Positions 19,694-28,885 of a stretch of DNA of 64,000 bases are shown here, piece by piece (within the stretch, counting starts at the first letter, position 1; the number at the start of each line of letters is the position of its first letter). Both the position numbers and the translations under genes were made by a program. The DNA lies in NCBI GenBank assembly GCA_963730935.1, contig CAVSTP010000004.1, forward strand, positions 1,408,001 through 1,472,000, read 5' to 3'. The stretch is from an uncultured Nitrospiraceae bacterium. GTDB lineage: Bacteria; Nitrospirota; Nitrospiria; Nitrospirales; Nitrospiraceae. The notes beneath the pieces were generated by a model. The model was given only the letters and a program-made list of their open reading frames with translations, ran no database searches and was not told the DNA's origin.

Positions 19694-20356
19694 ATGACAC
19701 GCGTGACACGCGCGCAAACGCCGCCATTCAATCCTCACACATTCCTCCGCGAAGTCGGCAGAGGCAAAACAAGTCTGCCGTCGCCGAACAAACACACGAT
19801 CTTTTCCCAAGGGGATGCGGCGGATGCCGTGTTCTATATCCAGACGGGCAAGATCAAGCTCACCGTGGTCTCGCAGCAGGGCAAAGAAGCCGTTGTCGCG
19901 ATTCTGGAAGAGGGGGCTTTTTTTGGGGAATCCTGCCTCGCCGGACACACGGTTCGCACGGCGACCGCGACTACGGTGGAAGACTCCAGTCTCCTGCGCA
20001 TCGACAAAGATGCCATGATTCAGGTGCTGCATGAGAAGCCCGAGTTTGCCGAGCTGTTTACAGCCTATCTGCTGGCGCATACGATTCGTATCGAAGAGGA
20101 TTTGGTGGATCATCTCTTTAACTCCAGCGAGAAGCGGCTCGCGCGAGTGCTGCTGTTGTTGGCCCACTTCGGCAAAGATGATAAGCCGGAGCCGGTGATC
20201 GCGAAGATCAGTCAGGAAACGCTCGCCGAGATGATCGGGACGACGCGTTCCCGCGTCAGTTTCTTCATGAATAGGTTCCGCAAACTGGGCTTCATTGACT
20301 ACAACGGTGAGATGCACGTGCACAGTTCCCTCCTCAACGTCGTCCTTCACGACTAG
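19694..20356 (+). CDS. Crp/Fnr-family transcriptional regulator
   Basis: cNMP domain (IFSQGD...FFGESCL...RTATA) and HTH SQETLAEMIGTTRSRVS; TTGCTT-N17-GATAAT promoter at 19622-19650. Confidence 0.93.
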   Translation: MTRVTRAQTPPFNPHTFLREVGRGKTSLPSPNKHTIFSQGDAADAVFYIQTGKIKLTVVSQQGKEAVVAILEEGAFFGESCLAGHTVRTATATTVEDSSLLRIDKDAMIQVLHEKPEFAELFTAYLLAHTIRIEEDLVDHLFNSSEKRLARVLLLLAHFGKDDKPEPVIAKISQETLAEMIGTTRSRVSFFMNRFRKLGFIDYNGEMHVHSSLLNVVLHD

Positions 20357-20381
20357 CCCATACGATCACCTTCATCCTCTT

Positions 20382-20503
20382 CTGCTACCACGCTGCTACC
20401 AGGACAGGACAAACCAGGCCCATCTGCACCCACTTCATGGTCAGCCCGCTTAGGCTTCTTTGGCGATTCGTCGGCGGTCATCCTGGTAGCTCCGCGGTAG
20501 CAG
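20382..20503 (+). mobile_element. Integrase attachment-arm-like site, copy B (two arms in inverted orientation)
   Basis: CTGCTACCACGCTGCTACCAGGA at 20382 and the inverted TCCTGGTAGCTCCGCGGTAGCAG at 20481-20503. Confidence 0.7.
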
Positions 20504-20708
20504 TAAAATCTAACCCCTTGTCCTGCATTAGGATTTCGAGTGATGGCGAACCAGCAAATCGCGGGTCAAACTCTGCTATCATTCGATCCCTCCCACCGTT
20601 GCATTTATCTGCTGAAGTCCCTATACCAGGGGTCCTTGAAAACCCCCAAACTCCACATTCACATCGAGTCGGCCTGTCAGCGTCGGCTCTTCACAGAAGG
20701 AGCGTTCC

Positions 20709-21041
20709 ATGACGAAACGTAACTTCAATTGGGTGCAGGGAATCGGTTTGGTAGCCACGGTGTTTGCTATGTCTGTTCTGGTGATCACGGATGGCCTGCA
20801 ATGGACGTCGGTACCGGCCTATGCCACCGAGCGTGGTGAGGAACGGAGAGATGATCGGGGTGACCGGCGAGATGACCGGGGAGATGCGCGGGATACTCGG
20901 CAAGAGGGCCGGGAGGCAGCCAGGGAGGCGAAACAAGATTGCAAGAAAGCAGACGATAAAAGTAATAGGGAATGTCGGCAGGAAAAGCGAGATGCCAAGG
21001 ACGATGCACGCGACGATGCCAGGGACATAAGACGAAAATAA
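20709..21041 (+). CDS. Small exported, highly charged protein (RDD/ARD repeats, two Cys)
   Basis: AAGGAG SD, signal peptide, RRDDRGDRRDDRGD low-complexity tail. Confidence 0.75.
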   Translation: MTKRNFNWVQGIGLVATVFAMSVLVITDGLQWTSVPAYATERGEERRDDRGDRRDDRGDARDTRQEGREAAREAKQDCKKADDKSNRECRQEKRDAKDDARDDARDIRRK

Positions 21042-21064
21042 TCACAATAGTTGAACCGCTGACT

Positions 21065-21101
21065 TGGGGTGTAGGGTTCAAATGCTTTGCCCTACACCCC
21101 A
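21065..21101 (+). terminator. Stem-loop, probable terminator
   Basis: 12-bp perfect inverted repeat TGGGGTGTAGGG / CCCTACACCCCA after the stop at 21041. Confidence 0.55.
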
Positions 21102-21145
21102 GACACCTCTGGTTCTTAAATCTCATCTTCACCATTCGCTCCCTT

Positions 21146-21318
21146 TGCTACCACGCTGCTACCAGGAGAGGACAAACCAGCCCCACCAGGGACCAACCCC
21201 TCGCTCCCCTGTTCTGTGGTTTTCTGTGGTTTTAGTGGGTTGGTGTGGGGACTTGAGACAATTCCTAAACCGCGGGTCGAAAACTAGACTAACAAACCGC
21301 AGGTCGCTGGTTCGATCC
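21146..21318 (+). mobile_element. Integrase attachment-arm-like site, copy C, ending in tRNA-like fragments
   Basis: TGCTACCACGCTGCTACCAGGAGAGGACAA, TGTGGTTTT tract, then TTCCTAAACCGCGGGTCG and AAACCGCAGGTCGCTGGTTCGATCC (anticodon-loop and T-loop-like). Confidence 0.7.
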
Positions 21319-21372
21319 GCCGGCTCTTGGGTTGACGTGCCCGCTCTCCCAAGTCGTTGGTCGCAGGACTTA

Positions 21373-21891
21373 TCACTTCATCGAGCAAATGCAGCCGAAG
21401 CCTGAACCTGTGACCCCCGAACCGCAATACGCATCGGTGGGACCACTTTTACACTTGCCAGACTTACTCAAATCACTGCAATCCTTCCGACCCGAGCAAG
21501 AGCACGAGCCCCCGCCCTGTGGGTCCTTATCGCACTGCGCTTCGGAAACACCACCGTCGGCGCCATTGGGAGGTAGTACGACGATCAGATCATTGAGGCT
21601 TCCTAGGAGAAGTCTTTGGCCGGCATAATTTCCTTTCTGCCGGCTTACGAACTCGGTCAACGTCATCTCCTCTTTAGAACTCGTGCGAACCCGTACACGG
21701 CTGGAATCAATGCCCGCAGCTACGTCGTAGGTGGTCCCGCTGCGAGTTAAGTCGATGACGTAGGGGGCGCCTGCTGGTTGAGTTGCGATTGTCTGATTCG
21801 TGACTCGCACCTCTTTAATCTGTTTCTCGTCTCCGGCTGTGGAGCACGACGCCAATGCTAAAACAGCCACTGCTACGATTATCGTGTTCAT
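21373..21891 (-). CDS. Lipoprotein with a Cys-rich C-terminal domain
   Basis: Lipobox LASC; 8 Cys in the last 55 aa. Confidence 0.75.
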   Translation of the reverse strand: MNTIIVAVAVLALASCSTAGDEKQIKEVRVTNQTIATQPAGAPYVIDLTRSGTTYDVAAGIDSSRVRVRTSSKEEMTLTEFVSRQKGNYAGQRLLLGSLNDLIVVLPPNGADGGVSEAQCDKDPQGGGSCSCSGRKDCSDLSKSGKCKSGPTDAYCGSGVTGSGFGCICSMK

Positions 21892-22319
21892 CTTACGTCT
21901 CCTTTCCATCCGGATAGCGCGACAATCCGACCGTAGAGGAACCCGTACCGTCGGGCAAAATAAAGCCGGTAGGGGGTGCACTCCACCATTTTTTGATTCC
22001 TTTCACCCTGTTCCAAAAACCCCCACACTGGACTCAACATCCCATTCATTAATCCTCGAGAGTTTCTTGCTTCCTCCTCTGGGCGGTCCAAAAACAAATC
22101 GTTTTGGAGCTAGACGCCTTTACCACGTGCCGCATCGAAATTAGTGAAAATGCGGCGAGGCTCCTAACCCTGACAGGACACACCACAGTTATCAGCACCT
22201 ATATCTGCCGATGTCAATGTCGCTTTTTGATGAAACTTATGTGACCAGACCTATTTACAAGCACTCTATACAAGAGCAAAATAAAACTTCTTCCCATCCC
22301 GAATTTCGAAGGTACATTC

Positions 22320-22508
22320 ATGCCGCTCTCAAACGAGGTGCATAAATTTACCAGCGCTTGCGAGCATCTTATTGCGGGCATGGCGATGTATCGGCCACTC
22401 ACCGAAGATGAGCGGTTGCTGATCAAGCACTACTGCAATGAAGTGCTAACCAAGGTTGATCAGCCACAGACCACTTCCGCGCAGGTCGAAATTCCTCTGT
22501 CCCCATGA
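22320..22508 (+). CDS. Small helical protein (paralog of 53064..53222)
   Basis: FTSACEHL...LTEDERLLIKHY matches FVSACETI...LTEQEGQLIQYY. Confidence 0.65.
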   Translation: MPLSNEVHKFTSACEHLIAGMAMYRPLTEDERLLIKHYCNEVLTKVDQPQTTSAQVEIPLSP

Positions 22509-22857
22509 GTTACCATGCGGGTCGCAAAAATCCAGGGCGTTCCGGCCGCTCTCGTTGAAAACCCACCATCGACTTATAATCACCTGATAAGAGACCCCCA
22601 TGATAGTTAAACTCGCCCTCTTTCTGTCTGCATAACTGTTCTGCGTATCGTGTTCAAAATGCTATCCCACGGTAGAGTGTGAACAAGTCGATTTTTCGAG
22701 GGCTTCGACGTATCCAGAGCTGAAACTGAACAGAATATTTCAGCCGAAGAGCGAAATCGATCCCACATGGTTTCCCATCTGCGCCAGGATGCAAGATAAT
22801 AGAGGTGACCGGGGTACGAATCGAGGAGAACAGGGCTGGGGAGAGGGAGAATAATGT

Positions 22858-23463
22858 ATGCGTAGCGATCAGCCTCTCTCGGCTCTGTTCAACATTCCCA
22901 TCGTCCTATTAATCGTGTGCCTCACCATTTCCGCGTACGCCGGCACTAAGCCGGCCGTGGACACAGCTAAGAATAATAGTGCCGAATACGAGGCATCTGC
23001 GAAGGAACTCCGCAAATCAGCTGAAGCAGGAGATGCATCCGCTCAAAACGCACTCGGCCTGCTGTACTACGAAGGCAAGGGTGTACCCAAAAACTATGGG
23101 CTAGCGAAGGAGTGGTTTGAAAAGGCCGCGAAGCAGGGACGCGCAGGAGCCCAAGTCAACCTCGGTACATTGTATCTTCACGGGGATGGGGCTCCGGAAA
23201 GCGCCCAGATGGCCTTATTCTGGTTTGAGCGGGCGGCAGCGCAGCGAGACGCTCTGGCTTTCGCGAAACTTGGGCGCATGTATGAACTGGGGCAAGGAGT
23301 ATCCAAGAATCTAATACAGGCTCAGATGTGGTACAACCTCTCCGTAGCACATGGAGAGCAGCGAGCAGCAGAGGCTCGTGATGCTCTTACGAAACAGATG
23401 ACCGCAGCCCAGATTGCCGAAGCCGAGCGGCTGGCGCAGGAGTGGAAGCCGAAAGCCAAATAA
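22858..23463 (+). CDS. Exported Sel1-like repeat protein
   Basis: AQNALGLLYYEGKGV and AQVNLGTLY repeats; paralog of 5828..6463. Confidence 0.9.
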   Translation: MRSDQPLSALFNIPIVLLIVCLTISAYAGTKPAVDTAKNNSAEYEASAKELRKSAEAGDASAQNALGLLYYEGKGVPKNYGLAKEWFEKAAKQGRAGAQVNLGTLYLHGDGAPESAQMALFWFERAAAQRDALAFAKLGRMYELGQGVSKNLIQAQMWYNLSVAHGEQRAAEARDALTKQMTAAQIAEAERLAQEWKPKAK

Positions 23464-23842
23464 TCGACCGACCGTCCACGAATGCGAAGCTACTTCACGG
23501 ACTTACCAAACAGAGTATCTCCTACCACCTTGGCATGGCGGCTACCAGCGTCTAATGTTCCACCTTGTCCCTATGTTACAACGTCCAAATTGATATGAAT
23601 TCAGCGGTGTTATGTTGGCGTGGTCGTCTCGCCAGACGTAAGCATGTCAGTGAATCGAGCCTAGGAAATATCCGAGTATAGAAACTTATACTACTTATAC
23701 TATGAAGATACGCGTTGAGCGTCCCGCTGCCGTATGCACAGCCCGTGCGCGTGCTCTGAGCCGGTTGTGCGGTCGAACCTGACACCATACTCGGCTCAAG
23801 CATTATGTGGTATGACTAGTGCGGAAAAGCATCGGAGATTGA

Positions 23843-25561
23843 ATGATGAGGAGCAATCAGCTCATGTCACCCCGATTTACCATTGCTCTCGTGCTGTCGA
23901 TTGTGTGCCTCACCATTTCCTCTTGCGCCGACACTTTACCTCCTGAGCTCCATAAAAGTAACGCTATTGACGTGATTGACGTTGCAATGGCGGAAGAGCC
24001 CAGCAAATCCCCTGAGCCGGCGGAAGCAGTTAGCAGGTCCCACGAACCGGTGAAAGCGTTCAGCACGTCCCCTGAACCCCCGAAAGCACCCAGCACGTTG
24101 CTTGAACCGTGGGAAGCACCTAGCAAGTCCCGCGAACCCGTAAGAGCAGTCAGTAAATCGCCTGAGCCCCCGAAAGCACCCAGCACGTTGCTTGAACCGG
24201 CGGAACCACCTAGCAGGTCCCGCGAGCCCGTAAGAGCAGTCAGTAAATCGCCTGAGCCCCCGAAAGCACCCAGCACATTGCTTGAACCGGCGGAACCACC
24301 TAGCAGGTCCCGCGAACCCGTAAGAGCAGTCAGTAAATCGCCTGAGCAGGCGAAAGCAGTCAGAAGGTCCCCTGAACCCGAGAAAGCAGGCAGTAAATCC
24401 CCCAAACTTGTCAACGCACTCAGCACGTCCCATCAGCCAGCGGAAGAACTCAGCCCATTCGCTGAAGAAGGGAGCGCAACTGCGAATTACCTCCGCAAGT
24501 TAGCTGAAGCAGGAGACGCATCCGCTCAAAACGCACTCGGCCTGCTGTACTACGAAGGCAAGGATGTACCCCAGAACTCTGGGCGAGCGAAGGAGTGGTT
24601 TCAAAAGGCCGCGGAACACGGGCATGCGGGAGCCCAAGTCAACCTCGGCACATTGTATCTTCACGGAGATGGGGCTCCGCACAGCGCCCAGACGGCCTTA
24701 GTCTGGTTCGAGCGGGCGGCAGCGCAACGAGATGCTCTGGCTTTCGCGAAACTTGGGCGCATGTATGAACGAGGGCAAGGAGTATCCCAGAATTTAGTAC
24801 AGGCTCAGATGTGGTACACCCTCTCCGTAGCACATGGAGAACAGCGGGCCGCAAAGATTCGTGACGCTCTCGCGAACCAGATGACCGCAGACCAGATCGC
24901 CGAAGCCCAGCGGCTGGCACAGGAGTGGAAATCGAAAGACAGACCAGGCGTTTTTCCGACCACCGCAGGCAGTAAATCCCCCAAACTTGTCAAAGTACTC
25001 AGCACGTCCCATCAGCCAGCGGAAGAACTCAGCCCATTCGCTGAAGAAGGGAGCGCAACTGCGAATTACCTCCGCAAGTTAGCTGAAGCAGGAAACGCAT
25101 CCGCTCAAAACGCACTCGGCCTGCTGTACTACGAAGGCAAGGATGTACCCCAGAACTCTGGGCGAGCGAAGGAGTGGTTTCAAAAGGCCGCGGAACACGG
25201 GCATGCGGGAGCCCAAGTCAACCTCGGCACATTGTATCTTCACGGAGATGGGGCTCCGCACAGCGCCCAGACGGCCTTGGTCTGGTTCGAGCGGGCGGCA
25301 GCGCAACGAGATGCTCTGGCTTTCGCGAAACTTGGGCGCATGTATGAACGAGGGCAAGGAGTATCCCAGAATTTAGTACAGGCTCAGATGTGGTACAACC
25401 TCTCCGTAGCACATGGAGAACAGCGGGCCGCAAAGATTCGTGACGCTCTCGCGAACCAGATGACCGCAGACCAGATCGCCGAAGCCCAGCGGCTGGCACA
25501 GGAGTGGAAATCGAAAGACAGACCAGGCGTTTTTCCGACCACAGCAGGCCGATACCCCTGA
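23843..25561 (+). CDS. Sel1-repeat lipoprotein with a Pro/Ser-rich repeat stalk and a duplicated Sel1 block
   Basis: ISSC lipobox-like; 10-aa repeats; two near-identical 193-aa Sel1 modules. Confidence 0.88.
   Translation: MMRSNQLMSPRFTIALVLSIVCLTISSCADTLPPELHKSNAIDVIDVAMAEEPSKSPEPAEAVSRSHEPVKAFSTSPEPPKAPSTLLEPWEAPSKSREPVRAVSKSPEPPKAPSTLLEPAEPPSRSREPVRAVSKSPEPPKAPSTLLEPAEPPSRSREPVRAVSKSPEQAKAVRRSPEPEKAGSKSPKLVNALSTSHQPAEELSPFAEEGSATANYLRKLAEAGDASAQNALGLLYYEGKDVPQNSGRAKEWFQKAAEHGHAGAQVNLGTLYLHGDGAPHSAQTALVWFERAAAQRDALAFAKLGRMYERGQGVSQNLVQAQMWYTLSVAHGEQRAAKIRDALANQMTADQIAEAQRLAQEWKSKDRPGVFPTTAGSKSPKLVKVLSTSHQPAEELSPFAEEGSATANYLRKLAEAGNASAQNALGLLYYEGKDVPQNSGRAKEWFQKAAEHGHAGAQVNLGTLYLHGDGAPHSAQTALVWFERAAAQRDALAFAKLGRMYERGQGVSQNLVQAQMWYNLSVAHGEQRAAKIRDALANQMTADQIAEAQRLAQEWKSKDRPGVFPTTAGRYP
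23995..24445 (+). repeat. 30-bp tandem repeats organised in 90-bp higher-order units
   Basis: SKSPEPPKAP/STLLEPAEPP/SRSREPVRAV cycles. Confidence 0.9.
24386..25549 (+). repeat. 579-bp near-perfect tandem duplication
   Basis: GCAGGC at 24386, 24965 and 25544 marks the period; the two units are almost identical. Confidence 0.95.
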
Positions 25562-25797
25562 GGCAGTTTCAGCGGGGAAAGTCTGTCCCTCACCTCACAC
25601 TAGCCAGAACGGCTATGAACAGCGGCCTGCGACCAGGTTAGTCATCATACTAGTCCCACATACCCTGTCAGTTTCGACAGTTACTTCTTCGCAGACTGCT
25701 TATTCCTATGTCCGGGCATAAGAACGCGTATGACTGCATCAAGGCGTTTTCGGAAACGGATTTCACGGAGGACTTGAAAAGATTGATGTGCCAACGC

Positions 25798-26226
25798 TCA
25801 TTCGGTCTCAATGCGTAGCTGATGCTCAATAGCTCTTCGACGTTTTTCATTGGCCTCATACGACCGATCCGAGGTGTCAAGAACGCCCTTCGACAAGCCG
25901 ATTAGGTTGCCACCTGCTTGTCTAACAAATTCTCGCGGCGGCAGAAAACGGAGTTTTGCCCAGACGTGAAAGAGCGGAATCGCATACATCTTGGCGAAGA
26001 GATCGCAGGAGAGGCGTCGAAAAAGCTGATGGGCTTCTCGAAGCGTTTCCTGGGGCGCGAGCTTGGTATTGCTGTAAACGTTGGCATAGTAGATCAACGA
26101 ATGCTCAATTTCCCCAGTGAGTTTGTAGAACTCGTTAATGGGCTCGATGACAAACTTGACGAAGATCTGCCCAACCACAAACACCACGACTCCAGATAAT
26201 ACGGTTAAAAACACCTGTCCAATCAT
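25798..26226 (-). CDS. Hypothetical protein with an N-terminal TM helix
   Basis: 142 aa; starts 9 bp after the XRE stop codon. Confidence 0.75.
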   Translation of the reverse strand: MIGQVFLTVLSGVVVFVVGQIFVKFVIEPINEFYKLTGEIEHSLIYYANVYSNTKLAPQETLREAHQLFRRLSCDLFAKMYAIPLFHVWAKLRFLPPREFVRQAGGNLIGLSKGVLDTSDRSYEANEKRRRAIEHQLRIETE

Positions 26227-26235
26227 GGGGCCCCT

Positions 26236-26442
26236 TCACTTCAAGAGAGTGGTCACCGGCACCCGCAGCGCCTTCGCCAGCTTCGCCAGGGTGCTCAGAG
26301 AGGGGTCGTGCATGCCAAGTTCCAAGCGTGCAAGGTAGCCATGAGACATGCCAGACTTTTTGGCGAGTTGCTGTTGTGTAAAGCCTCGATGCTCTCGAAG
26401 TCGCTTCAGGCGCATTGCCAGCTTCTCATTAATTGAATGCAT
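26236..26442 (-). CDS. XRE/Cro-type HTH regulator
   Basis: LKRLREHRGFTQQQLAKKSGMSHGYLARLELGMHDPSLSTLAKLAKAL. Confidence 0.93.
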   Translation of the reverse strand: MHSINEKLAMRLKRLREHRGFTQQQLAKKSGMSHGYLARLELGMHDPSLSTLAKLAKALRVPVTTLLK

Positions 26443-26460
26443 TATTACCTATAGGTAATA
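26443..26460. promoter_or_regulatory. Perfect 18-bp palindrome, probable XRE operator
   Basis: TATTACCTATAGGTAATA directly abuts the XRE ATG. Confidence 0.7.
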
Positions 26461-26541
26461 GTAAAGTAAAGCGCCATGGTCCGAGTTCATCCCGGTGCTC
26501 CGTAGATTTTCCAGGCATAGATGGCGGCGATCATTGTCAGC

Positions 26542-26859
26542 TCATTTGGTCGGTTCTTCTACCACCACCGCGACTCCAGCATTTGTGACAACTACAAGAG
26601 AGCCCTTCGATCTCCTTGCAGCCTCGGCCGTTTCCCAGCGCTCTAATTCTTGTTGAATCTGCTCCGAGGAGTTGTCATCAAGAAATTCTCGCGACATCCT
26701 GACCCGATAAACCAATCGTCTTGCGGGATTTTCGATTGTGAAGAGTTCCGAGATGGTATCTGTGTCATGTCGGTCAGAAATCGTGCAGTCAGGAAAATTC
26801 ATTTTAAGATAATTGCGTGCTGCTGAGATTTTGGTTTCCTCAGATCGTGGTCCGCTCAT
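26542..26859 (-). CDS. Hypothetical protein (paralog of 61378..61698)
   Basis: KISAARNYL..FP...SREFL...LERW...VVVTNAG aligns with the 61.4-kb protein; AAAGGA SD. Confidence 0.75.
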   Translation of the reverse strand: MSGPRSEETKISAARNYLKMNFPDCTISDRHDTDTISELFTIENPARRLVYRVRMSREFLDDNSSEQIQQELERWETAEAARRSKGSLVVVTNAGVAVVVEEPTK

Positions 26860-26899
26860 GGGGGGATCCTTTCTTGTCTTCCTAGACTCTCGATCTTGA

Positions 26900-27035
26900 C
26901 TATTCCAGTAGATCCTTGGCCTTCACCTTGGGTGCCTTCGCCAGCTCTGCCAGCGTGCTCACAGAAGGATCATGCATCCCGATTTCTAGGCGTGCGAGGT
27001 AGCCATGCGGATCCCCGACTTCTTGGCGAGTTGCG
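26900..27035 (-). pseudogene. Degenerate, 5'-truncated XRE regulator
   Basis: QLAKKSGI / HGYLARLEIGMHDPSVSTLAELAKA...LLE* with a 1-bp deletion; closely similar to 26236..26442. Confidence 0.8.
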
Positions 27036-27271
27036 ATGCATCCGCGATGGGTCCAACTATTGTTTCGACATTGCCTGATGTGCCAATAACCGATCCCTGC
27101 CAGAAATACGCTAAAACAAACGTATCGCTATCCCATCCGACGAAACGAGCATTGAAGCACACAGAACAGGACGTAACATCCACCCGATCAAATTCAATAA
27201 ATTAGAAACGGTCTCCGAATCCAGTTCGCTGACTTGCCATCCATGAGCAGACTGCAGGTTTGATAGAGCGG

Positions 27272-27475
27272 CTATTTAGTCTGGCCACTTGCGATCGGAG
27301 GAAAAGGAGGTGGGGTTTTGTGATCTTTCATCTTGATCACTTCTCTTCCAAGCAAATAAAGTTGTACCTCCAGAATATGAAGATCAGGCCCGCTTAGCGC
27401 CTCTCCCGTACGAAGCCGCTCCATGACCTCTCTAGCTTGGTCAACCAAATTGCGGACGACATCTCGGAGTTCCAT
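27272..27475 (-). CDS. Small hypothetical helical protein
   Basis: 67-aa ORF with an amphipathic helix pattern. Confidence 0.5.
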   Translation of the reverse strand: MELRDVVRNLVDQAREVMERLRTGEALSGPDLHILEVQLYLLGREVIKMKDHKTPPPFPPIASGQTK

Positions 27476-27628
27476 ACAATAGGAACACTAGCACGGTGTG
27501 CTTAGATGCAAAACTAGCAGTAATGCTAGCGCTAAACCTGTGGAAAACCTACGGGGTGAGGCGCCGGTCGCGCCGAATTTCAGATTGTGCCAAACATAGG
27601 CAGGCGAAGGGGACTTCTCCACACAGAA

Positions 27629-27657
27629 TTGACACGTTCCACTCATGTGCCTATACT
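27629..27657 (+). promoter_or_regulatory. Near-consensus sigma70 promoter
   Basis: TTGACA-N17-TATACT. Confidence 0.7.
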
Positions 27658-27732
27658 TCGCGCCCACTCACAATAACAGCTTTCCGAGAGCCTCCCGAAG
27701 GCCGAGTCGCCACTTTGCAGGGAAGGTGTCCC

Positions 27733-28281
27733 TTGCCACACGTGCCCATTGTGCCTCCTGAGCAAGCCTCCAAAGACGTCCAGGAGGTATACGAAGAGTT
27801 CTACCGCCGCATGTCGTTTCCTGCTCCACCGAATTTCATTATGACGCAGGGGCATTCGGCTACAGTAGCGCGTGGCACGTGGGAAGCCGTGAAAAATGTC
27901 CTTGTTTCAGGAGCGATACCCCGCTGGCAAAAAGAAATGATGTTTGTCGCGATCTCCAAGGATCGAGCGTGTCGCTACTGCACGGCTGCACATATTGCGT
28001 GTTGTCGCATGTTGGGTGTGAAGCCAGAGATGCTTGAGAGCTTGGTCCGCGATATCGATCACATACCCGATCCAAAATTGCGTGACATGATCAAATTCTC
28101 CCTCAAGTGTTCTCGTAATCCACAAGGACTAACGGACAGAGATTATGCAACTCTGCGTGAGCGTGGGCTTAGTCAACCCGAGATCCTGGAAATAATTGCG
28201 ATGTCAGCACTCGCGGTTTATGCGAACATTCTCGCGGATGCCACGGCCATGGAATCAGACGGAATGTTCAATACGCTGTGA
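27733..28281 (+). CDS. AhpD/carboxymuconolactone decarboxylase-like peroxidase-related protein
   Basis: KEMMFVAIS...ACRYCTAAH (CxxC-H); probable TTG start. Confidence 0.85.
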   Translation: MPHVPIVPPEQASKDVQEVYEEFYRRMSFPAPPNFIMTQGHSATVARGTWEAVKNVLVSGAIPRWQKEMMFVAISKDRACRYCTAAHIACCRMLGVKPEMLESLVRDIDHIPDPKLRDMIKFSLKCSRNPQGLTDRDYATLRERGLSQPEILEIIAMSALAVYANILADATAMESDGMFNTL

Positions 28282-28303
28282 CCTCCCCTCCTTCAGCCAC
28301 AGG

Positions 28304-28885
28304 CTAGTCATCATCGTCAGGCGCTCCGATCTGTCCGCGAATCTCCCCTCCAGCGAAGTTGGCGGGAACGCCGGTACCCGCTGAATGCACGTTTGCGTAA
28401 GTGACGCCCGCACGGATCGCTCGGATCAGCTCAGCGAATTCACCGGGAGCGATGCCCTGTACTGCTGCTGATGCTGTCATGTTAGCGGCTGTCAAGGTCC
28501 CAGTCACAGTCCCTGATTGAGGACAGGTGGGTGCATGACCGGTCGGATCAGGATTGAGTGCAGTCTGGCAAAGAAAGACCACGATAGCACCGTTCACACC
28601 CTTTTGGGCGAAATGGATATGGGCTTGTCTGATGTCTCCCTCCAGTTCGGAATAGTGGAGGGTGTACGTCATCGAGGTGCCATCCTCACTGATTTCCACT
28701 CGGAACCTACCCCTTGCTCGAGTGGAGGTCGCCGGAACCTCTTCAACCCCCTGCAATGTTGCTCGGAAAAATTTCCCGCCATGCCCCTCCCGACTACTCA
28801 CCGGACCGGGGACCAAGACCCCAAGCATAACGAGAAGAACGGCTGGCACTAACGGTCCTATACCAAGCGGTCGCATGTTGGTCAT
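28304..28885 (-). CDS. Exported CHRD-domain protein
   Basis: ATLQGVEEVP, AHIH, YANVHS, GEIRGQI motifs; AAGGAGG SD. Confidence 0.9.
   Translation of the reverse strand: MTNMRPLGIGPLVPAVLLVMLGVLVPGPVSSREGHGGKFFRATLQGVEEVPATSTRARGRFRVEISEDGTSMTYTLHYSELEGDIRQAHIHFAQKGVNGAIVVFLCQTALNPDPTGHAPTCPQSGTVTGTLTAANMTASAAVQGIAPGEFAELIRAIRAGVTYANVHSAGTGVPANFAGGEIRGQIGAPDDDD

Larger units (their letters stand above)
18729..21988. mobile_element. tRNA-Ala-integrated islet 1 (no integrase)
   Basis: Flanked by GTGCCCTCCACCA (18729-18741) and GTGCACTCCACCA (21976-21988); left arm 18742-18854; right arm 21950-21975. Confidence 0.8.

Noticed and set aside
21262..21318. Possible second tRNA gene
   Set aside because: Only anticodon-loop and T-loop-like fragments; no acceptor stem or D-arm. 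Treated as an att remnant.
23995..24445. Regularly spaced 30-bp repeats as a possible CRISPR array
   Set aside because: In-frame coding repeats with no unique spacers, and no cas genes in the window.
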